Of a stretch of 64,000 nucleotides of DNA, positions 52,641-64,000 are shown piece after piece. This stretch comes from Octopus sinensis. Taxonomy: Eukaryota. The stretch covers positions 31,372,001 through 31,436,000 of the forward strand of contig NC_043002.1 of the NCBI RefSeq assembly GCF_006345805.1, written 5' to 3'. The notes beneath the pieces are model-generated. The model saw nothing but the letters and a program-made list of their open reading frames with translations. It searched no databases and had not been told where the DNA came from. The translations under genes were made by a program, and so were the position numbers. Position 1 is the first letter of the stretch. Each line of letters starts with the position of its first letter.

Positions 52641-53508
52641 AAAAATGGTACACAAATACCATTTCTCTATTTCACAATATTCTGAGGAATGTCTGTTATA
52701 GATTTATCTACAAAAATATCACAAAATAGATATTCTCGGTCAATTGTGTGAGCTCACTTTTTCTTTCGGTAATCGGATATTTCGGAGCTTTCTTTTGGAT
52801 AGTACAATGATAATGTTTGAAATATGAAGTTTTGTAACAGTCAATTGCCTTAAATGGGATACACTTCCTGTCAAAACTAGCATAATTTTAACTAATCAAG
52901 GTCAGTTTTTAACAACTTACCTCTTCCCCAGGCATGATTTACTGTTAATATGTCGAGACGTTGGTGGGTCAAATGGGACATCAATCAAAGTATATGTATA
53001 TGTGAAATAGATGACATAATTTCACTCACTAAACTACAACCATATCCGGTTATAATCACTTTTGCCTCTCTTACCCCTGGACCACAATAGCTTCGAGGTC
53101 TCTAGGACTGCAAGATGCACCCAAATAACCTACTCTTCCCCACCTGTCTCTCATACGTCAATTTTGCTGTAGATACCTCTTGTAAATCCACAAGAAAAAA
53201 AGAAGGAAAATATATGGAAATCAAAGAACACACCTTTTATGGGTCAAGAAAGAGGCTTGAATGTGATTACTCGTACTGCTTGAAATAGCAGCCAGATTTA
53301 CGCTCAAATTATAATTTATCGTTTCGATAAAACCAAGAACAGAGAACCTGATAGATATAGCCCTTGATGCACAGCGCCTGCATAGGAATATGGGAGGGGG
53401 ACCAAATCAATATTTCCAGCGAAAAACTTTATAAACATTAGACTATTATAACGAGGACGATGACGACGCTACCTCCGCTAACAACGACGAACGCGACCAC
53501 GATGATGG

Positions 53509-53546
<38 letters not shown>

Positions 53547-53674
53547 TTGATGACAACACCGATAACGACGACGGCGTAGATGATTATGACGATTCTAGAT
53601 ATTTTCAAGTACAGTGATAAATAATACTATTGATTGAAGTACTTTATTGGTACTTTATATTACCGAGCCCCTAC

Positions 53675-54636
53675 TTTAGTTTGAAATTGAGTTGATATAT
53701 TTTAATAAGAGAGAATTGGATTATGCGAAAATGCTTCCAAAGAACATGCATAATCTATTTGTTATAGTTCCCTATAAATCGTACACCTGATATTCAGTTA
53801 CTTAACACACATGGCGCTATTTTACTCGTAGTTGATGTAGCAATACCACATTATTATAAAGTTACGCAGAAACGAATTGAAAGTAGAAGGAATTGTACCG
53901 TTGAAAATGGAGGTTTAGAAATATTATGGCGCGTTGCTTTGGCCATCTTATTTGTAATTTCTACATATTGAAGGATAAAAATATTGTTTACCTATATGAA
54001 TCAACACAGGAATATTCCAGAAAATAGCAGTATCAGTGTTTTTAAATATATTCTACAAACCTAGATACGTAATTTATACACGATATCCAACTGATACCTA
54101 ATATTTAAAGAATGGAAACTTTTATAATTATGATAATAATAGTCATCATAATTAACCTTGCTAAGAGACACCTGAAAAAGTGAAAAATAAACAGACATAA
54201 ACGAATACAATAGGTTCTAAGTAATCAACGACATCAACTTTAAATTCTCATGAGTACTAAAATATTTATTGCCACTGAAGATCAAGGGGATTGACTATAT
54301 ACAACCTTATAAATTTATTTCATGTGACAGAAACATTCATGTATCTGTTTCGAAGTACGCTCGTATATGTGGGACGTAATGTGTATGAAATTCTGTAAAC
54401 TTTTGGGCCATATATGTGTCGATGAGACAGATTCAAGACATAAAAATATCTATGCAAAAGCTACAAACACACGCACACACTAACACACGGAAACTTTATA
54501 TGTATATAAACATACTATACATATATATGTGCATATGTACATATACGTATGTATACACTTGCATATACATATGCATTTAGTTTGAAATTGAGTTGATATA
54601 TTTTAATAAGAGAGAATTGGATTATGCGAAAATGCT
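53675..54636 (+). repeat. Exact 61-bp direct repeat (53675-53735 and 54576-54636)
   Basis: tttagtttgaaattgagttgatatattttaataagagagaattggattatgcgaaaatgct occurs twice, 901 bp apart. Confidence 0.95.
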
Positions 54637-55911
54637 ATGTATATACTTTTGTACGGAGCAAATAATTCAGAAAATATCTGCGAATATATTACTGACTCTA
54701 TTATTATCTAGTGTAAGAATTAAAAATGATAATAACCGAATCGGTAATATAGGCGATTGCAGGTCCCATAGAACATTAAATAGCTGAAGGATTAAAATTA
54801 ATCAAAGGACATACCAAGTATGTCTACCTGCTGGAAATAACAGTCAAAACTCTTATTTTAATCGCCCAAAATACACTGATAATATCTACAGATATCAACC
54901 GTCCGAGGGCAACGGGCTAAGACAATCTCTCAGCATACTTTCAAGTACTTGGACTCACGTGGACTGGTTACTGAACTGGCATTACAGTTTCACCATGATG
55001 GACAGCCCCAACACATCACATTGAGGTCTGCGCTGCGACTGATAATTTTATTTATATATATAGATATAAATGCAATCATACACACACACACACACACATA
55101 TATATATTTATAGATATAAATGCATACATATAAATGTTTACCCACGATCACGTACTTACGTCCACATACATAAAAATATATATGTAGATGAATGCATAAT
55201 ACAAATATACACATGAATATATACATAGAAATATATTTATGCGTACGTGTTTAAGTGTGTGTGTGTGTGTATACCTGTGTGTGTATATGTGTGTATATAT
55301 ATGTATAAAATTATATACATTCTTATAAAGATGTACATGTGCAAATATATATATATATGTATATATAATCATATATATATAGATAGATATACACTCACAC
55401 ACACACAAACATATGTATACACACACACACGCAGGCACTTACGCTTAAATATGCATATATTTCATATATATATATTTGTATGTATGTATTCATCTACATA
55501 TATATTTGTATGTGGGCGTGAGTATGTGAGCGTGGGTAAAAATTTGTCTTAAGATAACCTCTTTATTTCCTACACTAGCGATTTGTTGGTTTGTAATCTA
55601 ATCGCCCCATTCGGCGGCCATTTTATCAAATACTAACGGACATGTTGTTTTGCTTATGTGTATTCAACTAGAAGCACACAGCTGTAGCTATTTCATGCCA
55701 ACAACGTCCTCTTCTTAAATTCGTGTTTTTCTTTTGTGAGTAAATTTCTTAAAGCTTCTCAGTTTTCTACTCAAAATCATAGACGACTTTTGACAACGAC
55801 AAAAACGACTGCGATGGCAATGACGAAGAAATACGCAGGGAAGAATAAAGAAAAATGTAGGAGTAGATATACAAGTAAAAAGAGTAGAAATGGAAAAAAA
55901 ATATGAGGAAA

Positions 55912-55953
<42 letters not shown>

Positions 55954-56090
55954 TAATATAATAATATGAACAACAACAACAACAAAAACAATAACTATAA
56001 TGATGATGACGATGATGATAATAATAATAATATCAACATCAACGACAACAATAACAGCAAAAACAGCAACAACAACAATAATAATAATAA

Positions 56091-56800
56091 TGTTTTATTT
56101 ATTAACCACCAAGGGTTGACAAAAACATCGAGGATGGTACAGTACCAAACAGTGTGGGATTACATTAAAAAAATGTTTAAAAAAGGAAAATAACAGATAC
56201 AAAGAAAATTACAAAAGTAAAAATTTAAACAAAAATAATTCTACAAATTGTGGGAGACTTATCATGGCTAATCCTGCGATCACCATAAAACCAAATCAAC
56301 CTTACCACTCAGGAAATTGTTCTCCCCTAGTTGTCTTCTTCCAGTCTACATGCGCATGCTTATTCACTGGGAGCGTGCTTGCCGATTCTGAAACTGCTAA
56401 TACGAAAACATAAAACATTGAGAAACATCGCACAAAAACTAGGACGTGCGGGATATATACCGGCTTCTGAGTCACATCAGACGGTAGATGTAAGCATTAA
56501 AAACTATATTTCGATGTGGTTTGTCATTTATCCAGAAAAATCGAGCAAGGTATTGCTGAAAAGGAACGATCATGGTGGTCCACCGAAGGCCAAATTGCAG
56601 TTTTGCTGCCACTTTGATTCGTCAAGTGAACTTAAGGCTGACAATGCAGCTTTGCTACTTGGCGTTGAAGACTAGGACAAGGAACAATCTAACTGCCTGA
56701 ATGTGGTTTGGAATGGCTCTCCTAGTAACTTCTTCTAAGTTTCACAAGTACCAAGTATGAATCTAAAATGGCACTCGTATCGTATCAAAAGTATGTTCCT
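56091..56800 (-). pseudogene. Possible highly decayed CR1-type LINE 3' end
   Basis: Minus-strand remnants KPH(L)KYSF, TRG and ISLPQFV in the order expected for RPHLEY..TRGH..WNSLP..VV, followed by a UTR and (ATT)n tail. Weak. Confidence 0.3.
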
Positions 56801-56829
56801 AGGAACACGTTTAAAAGCTGAACAGGAGC

Positions 56830-56965
56830 TTATATCATCGCCACTGAAAGAATCTATGGCAACGTCGACCTCGGTGGAATTTGAACTTAGAAAACAAGGA
56901 GCGAGTAAAAACGACGCAAAGCATTAAATCCGAAGCGCTAACGGTATTGCCGGCTCGTCGCCTTG
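56830..56965 (-). mobile_element. Decayed SINE group B 5' part adjoining a (GAT)n/(GAA)n array
   Basis: gtcgacctcggtggaatttgaac..gcgctaacggtattgccggctcgtcgcctt. Confidence 0.75.
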
Positions 56966-57007
56966 ATGATGATGATGATGATGAGATGATGATGATGATG
57001 ATGATGA

Positions 57008-57087
<80 letters not shown>

Positions 57088-57295
57088 TGATGATGATGAT
57101 GATGATGATGAAGAAGAAGAAGAAGAAGAAGAAGAAGAAGAAGAGAAGAAGAAAGAAGAAGAAGAAGAAGAGAAGAAGAAGAAGAAGAAGAAGAAGAGAA
57201 GAAGAAGAAGAAGAAGAAGAAGAAGAAGAAGAAGAGAAGAAGAAGAAGAAGAAGAGAAGAAGAAGAGAAGAAGAAGAAGAAGAAGAAGAAGTAAT
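56965..57295. repeat. (GAT)n to (GAA)n compound microsatellite
   Basis: Direct reading. Confidence 0.97.
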
Positions 57296-57913
57296 AGTGA
57301 GAAACAAAGAAAGGGAAGCGTGAAAATCTAATGCGTAGGAAGCTAATGGCATGGAAAAACGAGAAAAAAGCGGATGAATTGCTGTTACATTCTTGAAATA
57401 TAAGTCATAATTTTGAGAGTTTCTTAGTAAAAGAGCATTCACTATATTGGTGGAAAGTTGCCTCTTTTCCTAATATATTTAAGAATCATATTATAGTAAA
57501 AAAAAGGACATATTTTCATTATTTGACACATGTCACACGAAAAAGTATAGACCTGCAGACTGAAACAGCCATGTGTATGTATATTGGTATGTATGTATGA
57601 ATATGTGTGTTTGTATGAATGTATATGGGTATGTACTTGTGTGTGCTGACATGCATATATGTATACACTCAAATACATGAACAGACATACGTATATATAC
57701 ACACACATGTATACTTATGTCAAGATTTCTTCCACTTTACCCGTTTACGTATGTTGCTAGCTCTCTTTTTTTTTTTTACATAAGCTCATGCATGTATATA
57801 TGTACACATTGGATATGTGTGTATATACGTCAGTTGCTGTGTGGTTTTGTGTGTGTGAGTGAGTATGTATGTGTGCGTATGTTTGTGTTTGTGTGTTTGT
57901 GTGTGTGTGTGTG

Positions 57914-57955
<42 letters not shown>

Positions 57956-58569
57956 AATATATGCAATACTTCTATTCGCGCTTGCAGGATCTTGCAGCTG
58001 AAGCTCGGGTCTCAGAAATAAATTTTCATTATAATTCATAAATGATGTAAGCTCTATGCCATCATCATAAAAGTTGCAATCTCAGTAAGAAAGCATAGAA
58101 AAATGGAAATGATGTGATAGCAACGAAAAAATGCGTCGGCTCTGCTAATAAATTAAATATAAAAAAAGTAATAATAATAAATAAGGCAGAAACGTGATGA
58201 ATCTTTCTACCAGTTGTTACCAATTATGGAAAACAGTTTAATCTAAAAGTTTCCCTTCTTGCTTACCATAAATTTTCCTCGCACTTGTCATACGAATATA
58301 TTTCCATTAAGGTTCATAAATATTATATAACAACAGTACAGAAGGACAACAGGGTAACAAAGCAAAAAAGGATTTCTGTTTGAGATTTCTTAAAAAAGGA
58401 GAAAGAAACATTTTCTAATTTTTTGTTCATCTTTTCTTGTGTTGTTCTGAATTGTTTTTAACTTCTTTTCTAACTTCCCTTATTTTTCAGTTACATTATT
58501 TCATCCTCCTGTTTTATACCTTTACTTTACCTACCGAACCTATCCTACAAACATCGTTACCCATTTGTC

Positions 58570-59325
58570 CTTCTCTACTATATCATAACTGTGTTGCCTG
58601 AGATACACCAGCGCATTATCCTCACCAGCACCTGCCAGACCACGTATCTCCTCTTTAACGAATACTGTAACCACGTTAATAAGCGCGAAAGAACGTATTG
58701 ACAAACTGAATTCCTAAAGAAATATAGACTGCATAACCTAATCCTACAATCATTTAGATGCCTATTTTTCCCTGTCACATCCCACAGACCCTGTGATATT
58801 ATCACCAAATACAGCTTCAGCAAAATGATCCGTGAGAAATGCAACGAACTCCATCACCTCAAAGCTAAGATCGTAGCGATTCCTACACTCAGCCAGCAGC
58901 ATGACAGACACCTCGTCAGATGCATCAATCAAGCAAAGCGAAGACAATACTAGCACAAATCCAACGTCAAATTCGAACGCCTATACCATTGATCATACAC
59001 CAGACATACAACCATCCAGGTATGGAAACAATACATACCACCCACTCACGCCACACCACATTAACAACACACATCAACTTGATGGAGACATGTGCGACCA
59101 ATTAGTCACTAATCTAACTAGAACACTCAACCAGGAAGAAAAGATCACACTGCGCAAAGGCGGAAACTCCAGGTAAACACCATCACCACATCTATTTCCA
59201 GAATGTCATACGCGCTACTATGGACACAGAGTCTCAACAGCAAAAGACCGCCACGGTGACCATGACAGAGTTATTAAGCTGATATCTGACTGCTTAAAGA
59301 AAACTTCAAAAGTCACTAATAACGA
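58570..59325 (+). pseudogene. Decayed N-terminal region of a Penelope-like element ORF
   Basis: TEFLKKYRLHNLI and LVTNLTRTLNQEEKITLRKGGNS resemble the FL..C...LIP and V.NLS...L...E..VL.KGLNF motifs that precede PLE reverse transcriptases. Confidence 0.55.
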
Positions 59326-59336
59326 TTTTTCTTGAA

Positions 59337-60432
59337 ATGAACAAAATTTGGCATCATGTTGATATCAAGTACCTGGAAAAAAAAAGACTTAGTACCCAGT
59401 GATATTGATTCTGACGTGGTTGCTTCAGCTTTATCAGCAGTTCAAAACTGGTAGCTGAATTTAAGAGGAGAGTCTTGAAGATGATACACGGTCTGGACTT
59501 TCTGCAACTGCCAGTACCCACGAAATATATTGATTGTGCTCACTGCGTTGGTGATGGATGACAGGCGACTGATTACGAATCAAATAGCCAATGCTATTAA
59601 TATGTCCCGTGAAGAGTTGAAAATATTGTGCAAAATGAACTTGGTATGACAAAGGAAGCTTCTAGGCATGACGAAGGTAGCTGCTTGGCATGACGATGGT
59701 CTTCTTACACTTGATCAAAAAATTACTAGGCTGTTCAAAATACAGGAAAATGTGTCATTGCTCGAAGCAGATCCAGCTGGTTTCCTTGAATATTTCCTGA
59801 TCCAAGATGAGTGTTTGGTTCATCAATTTAAACCAGAGACAAAGAGACAGCCCATGCATTCGAAACACCCATCCTCATCTGTTCCAAAGAAGGCCAATGT
59901 TGTTTCTTCTGCAGGGTAGGTAACGCCTTCTGTGTTTTTCGGATGCAAAAGGCATTGCGTTAATTGGCTATCTTGAAAAGGACCACACCATCAATTGAGA
60001 GTACTATGCTAACTTGCTTAGGTAGTTACGAAAGGTTATCAAGACCAAACGCCCAGGACAACTGAGGAAAACGTCATGTTTCATCAGGTCAATACTCTAC
60101 CACACAAGTCCAGAGTTCCAACGGCTGCTGAACTGACTGACTAGCATCCCTATGCTGATTTGATCCCCATTCTGACTATCATCTGTTGAACAACATAAAA
60201 TAATCACTTGGGTGACAACAAGTATCTCAGGGAAGATGATGTCATATCTGCTGTTGATGACTTCTTGACCAAAAGGATGATAACTTCTCCACCAATGAGA
60301 TTCAAGCACTGCAATACCAATGGAAGAAGGGTGTGGACTACAAGGAGGATTATATTGAATAATGAAACTCATTTGGTCACATATCATGAGAGTATACTTG
60401 TTGGCCTATGAACTTTTTAGCTGAGCAACGTA
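59337..60432 (+). pseudogene. Decayed mariner transposase (irritans/Hsmar2-like) with right end
   Basis: MNKIWH..IKYL at 59337; LLTLDQKITRL..EADPAGFLEYFLIQDECLVHQFKPETKRQ..KKANVVSSAG; YYANLL; ends DYIE* at 60362; TIR-like cctatgaactttttagctgagcaacg followed by TA. Confidence 0.9.
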
Positions 60433-60452
60433 AAGTAATACGTATAGAGGAC

Positions 60453-60660
60453 TGAGGGTGGCGAGCTGGTAGAACCGTTAGCACGCTAAGCAAAATGCTT
60501 ATCAGATTTTCGTTTGTCTTTACGTCCAGAGTTCTAAAAACAACGAGGCCGACTTTGCCTTTTATCCTTTCGGTGTTGAGAAACGCAGTTGAAAACTTGG
60601 TTGCTGTAACTGACATACCCACTCTCCCCAAATTGCTGGCCTTGTTCTATGAAATTTATA
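60453..60660 (+). mobile_element. SINE group B, short-tail type
   Basis: ggtggcgagctggtagaaccgttagcacg..gactttgccttttatcctttcgg..ccccaaattgctggccttg. Confidence 0.82.
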
Positions 60661-61051
60661 TGTCTGTAGATGTCCTAAACAAATGAAATTTTATTTTATT
60701 ACCGTGTATTTGATATTCAATATTACAGTAGTCGTAGCACAAATACCCAGCGGGTGCGTGTCAGACACCCTTGTTTGAGACTCTTACAACTCATAGATAC
60801 GCTCCAAAAACTCGAATGTTTTCTATTGTTACGGTTCATATCCTGTAATTTGTAGTTTTGGCGAGTATATGGCTTTACGTTTAAGAAGATCGATTGGTAA
60901 CCACGAAGTCTTGGATCAGTTCCACAATCCTGCTCTTTGCTTGATAAATTGAGAATAAATCTGGTTGACAGAAACTGTAGAAGTTAATTGCTACAGAAAA
61001 GAGACAGAGAGTACGTGTCACACGCATATACATATAGACACATATTTTTGT

Positions 61052-61103
<52 letters not shown>

Positions 61104-61199
61104 GCGTGTGTGTGTATGGTTAGATAGAGAGATAGAGAGAGTAAAAGAGATGGTGAGACAGAGACAGAGGGAGAGAGTACGTTCTCATGACATTACTGA

Positions 61200-61685
61200 C
61201 ATCGGATACCAGAACTTATATGGCCGTTTGAATTGCAAAGCGTGTAAGTGACCGAGAGCAAAGTGAAATGTGGTGTGTTTCACAAAAACACGATGTATCT
61301 CCCGCTACAGGAATCGAAAACCCAATGCTGTGATCGAGAGTGGAACACGCTATGCATCTTGAAATAAAAGCGAACTCGCACACATACATTATTTATAATG
61401 GACTCTCCCGTCGAAGATGTCATATGAGCGTTCATAATTTTTGCCAAACGACCAGCACAGATGATTTCTTTATAATGATCAAGTGTATGCGGTGTGCATT
61501 AGCACAGACCCATTAACTCGACGTTGCCCGAACAGGTGTACTGAGTGCCACGCATCAGATGTCCAGGTGATCACGAAGCAAAGTGTTATGAAGTGCTTGA
61601 CTCTAAAACAATGCACCGCCCTGGCTAGGAATTGAAACCGCTATTTCACGATCGTGAGTACAGCACCCTAACCACTAGACCAAAT
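61200..61685 (-). mobile_element. Two decayed SINE group C-like copies (61200-61350; 61400-61685)
   Basis: Minus strand ggtctagtggttagggtg..cgatcgtgaaatagcggtttcaattcc resembles the 47062 head; the second has ggttttcgattcctg. Confidence 0.65.
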
Positions 61686-61719
61686 AATACATACATACAT
61701 ATGTATATATAGATATATA

Positions 61720-61755
<36 letters not shown>

Positions 61756-61779
61756 TATACACACACACACACACATATA

Positions 61780-61832
<53 letters not shown>

Positions 61833-61910
61833 ATAATATATATACATATATGCATAAAATACACACACACACAAACACACACACACACACACATATATAT
61901 ATAATAGTAG

Positions 61911-62318
61911 TATTCTTTTATTCATTTACTTGTTTCAGTCCTTTGACTGCGGCCATGCTGGAGCATCACCTTTAAAGGAACAAATCTAACCCACGACTTA
62001 TTCTTTGTAAACCTAGTAATTATTCTATCAGTCCCTTTTGCCGAACCACTATATTACGGGGACGTAAATACACCAACATCGGTTTTCAAGCGATGGCGAG
62101 ATGACAAACTGACACACAAACACACACACACACACACATTTATATATATATACGACGGGCTTCTTTTAGTTTCCGACTACCAAATCCACTCACAAGCTTT
62201 TGGTCGGACCGCGGCTATAGTAGAACACACTTACCCAAGGTGACATGCAGTGGGACTGAACCTGGAACCATGTTGCTGGAAAGCAAGCTTCTTACCACAC
62301 AGCCACTTCTGCACCTAT
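61911..62318 (-). mobile_element. SINE group A, full length
   Basis: Match to the group A reference copy. Confidence 0.9.
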
Positions 62319-62833
62319 AATGTATTTAAAAAGTAAGTGGGGCGCGAGGTAATGAATGAGTATATATGAAAAAATACCTGTGTAAATAGATTTGTGGTGA
62401 CGTTGGTGATTGGGTACAGTATTAGTGTGCTACGCTAATAGTAAGGTGAGTAGGCATAGATTTAGAGGAGGTAGGTGTGTGTGTTTGGGTGGATATGTGA
62501 AGGGCAGTAAAATAATATGTTGTGACATTACAAGCATTGGATATTAAAATGCAGAAAGACAAAAGCATAACTATATCTTTTTCCTAAGGTGGACGTGTTG
62601 GGTCAACTGAAGATAACCAGAGGTAGGCGGTAGGGGAGTGGAGTGAATACACCTGTGCGTAAACCAACAAACATGAATACAATTGTATTTATGGATTTAT
62701 TTATTCGTTCTTGTCGTGTAGCTCACCTTTGAATCAGTGTGCCGGAAATCATATATGAATGGAAATAGCCTATGTTTAATTAGCCATTACTACATTAACA
62801 AATATATGTATTTTTTGCCTGACAGTATATGAA

Positions 62834-63220
62834 TGATAGAGTGTATCATATAGACACATCTATACACACACACGCACGCACGCACGTACACGCACACGCA
62901 CGCACACACACGCGCACATTGATGCACACGGACACACATACAGACGCATGCACACGCACGCATACACTCAGACACACACACACACACACACACGCACACG
63001 TACGTGCACACACACGGACGTACACACACATGCACGAACACACACACACACGTACATACATATACACGCACACACAGATCATATATAGATCATAGAGTGT
63101 ATCATATAGACACATCTATACACACACGGACGCACGTACACGCACACGCACGCACACACACATTGATGCACACGGACACACATACAGACGCATGCACACG
63201 CACGCAGAAACTCAGACACA
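62834..63220 (+). repeat. Tandem duplication (~257-bp period) of a CA/CG low-complexity unit running into the gap
   Basis: atagagtgtatcatatagacacatctatacacacac at ~62835 and ~63092. Confidence 0.85.
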
Positions 63221-63320
63221 NNNNNNNNNNNNNNNNNNNNNNNNNNNNNNNNNNNNNNNNNNNNNNNNNNNNNNNNNNNNNNNNNNNNNNNNNNNNNNNN
63301 NNNNNNNNNNNNNNNNNNNN
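63221..63320. other. Assembly gap (100 N)
   Basis: Direct reading. Confidence 1.
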
Positions 63321-63470
63321 AAATCAACACTATCGAGGAATAAAAACCAAGAAGAAAGAAATATTATTTATATATATTTATTCGTTTGCCCGACATAGAT
63401 AGACAGACGGACAGACAGACAAACACACCGACAGACAGATAGAAATAAAGACAAAAGGATAGATAGATAA

Positions 63471-63547
<77 letters not shown>

Positions 63548-64000
63548 AATAGGTCTTTAAAAAATCAAAATATCAGGAACCTTTGGAAAGGGTTTTTCGT
63601 GCTGTGAGTGAGAACCTTCAATATTTACAGTTTTTCAAAAGCACGTGTAATAAGCTAACCTATACAGAGACCTATACTGTCCGATTTAATGAGTTTTATT
63701 TATTTATATATCTAAAAAATTTTGACTTCAGAAAATCTTTCTTGAAATATGATCACATAATCACATAATCACACATAGACCTACGCACATCTTTATTACT
63801 GTCAATGTTTGTTTATCAATTTAAGTACTAATGTCTGTTGGTAGATCTTCTTTCATTTGGCGCTCGGCACATCCTTATCAAGTCGACTTATGGTCAAAGA
63901 CGTTCCAGAATAATCCATGCACATACCGAACAGTGTATCAAGGGCTTCAACATCCGAAATGTCTTTCGTTAAGAATTGCTAGATAAACGTCTAAAACAAA

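Noticed and set aside
49075-53110. Minus-strand donor-like sites AG|GTAAGT (~49130, ~52918) and GG|GTAAGA (~53072)
   Set aside because: Acceptors are poor or give tiny exons with unrecognisable peptides; expected by chance.

Overview
AT-rich, microsatellite-saturated animal genomic DNA with no recognisable host protein-coding gene, rRNA, true tRNA gene or CRISPR array. It is probably intergenic or deep-intronic. The SINE families and repeat content suggest an octopus/cephalopod origin; this is inference from memory of such repeats, not a database result. The window is a mosaic of transposable elements: (1) the intact 3' end of an R4/Dong-like non-LTR retrotransposon (restriction-like endonuclease) abutting (TAA)n, and a second such fragment embedded in (TACA)n; (2) Penelope-like element fragments (RT, GIY-YIG, N-terminus) and short pLTR-like pieces carrying minimal type-I hammerhead ribozyme motifs; (3) three decayed mariner transposons; (4) a non-autonomous Helitron with both termini, inserted into the internal microsatellite of a SINE; (5) a long-palindrome foldback family and a small MITE; (6) about 40 copies or fragments of three tRNA-derived SINE groups (here called A, B, C) with modular tails; (7) several local duplications and a 100-N assembly gap. 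Nearly all ORFs in the supplied track are translations of microsatellites. The hammerhead-bearing elements and the microsatellite-embedded retrotransposons are the most interesting leads. Most element boundaries are approximate (read by eye).
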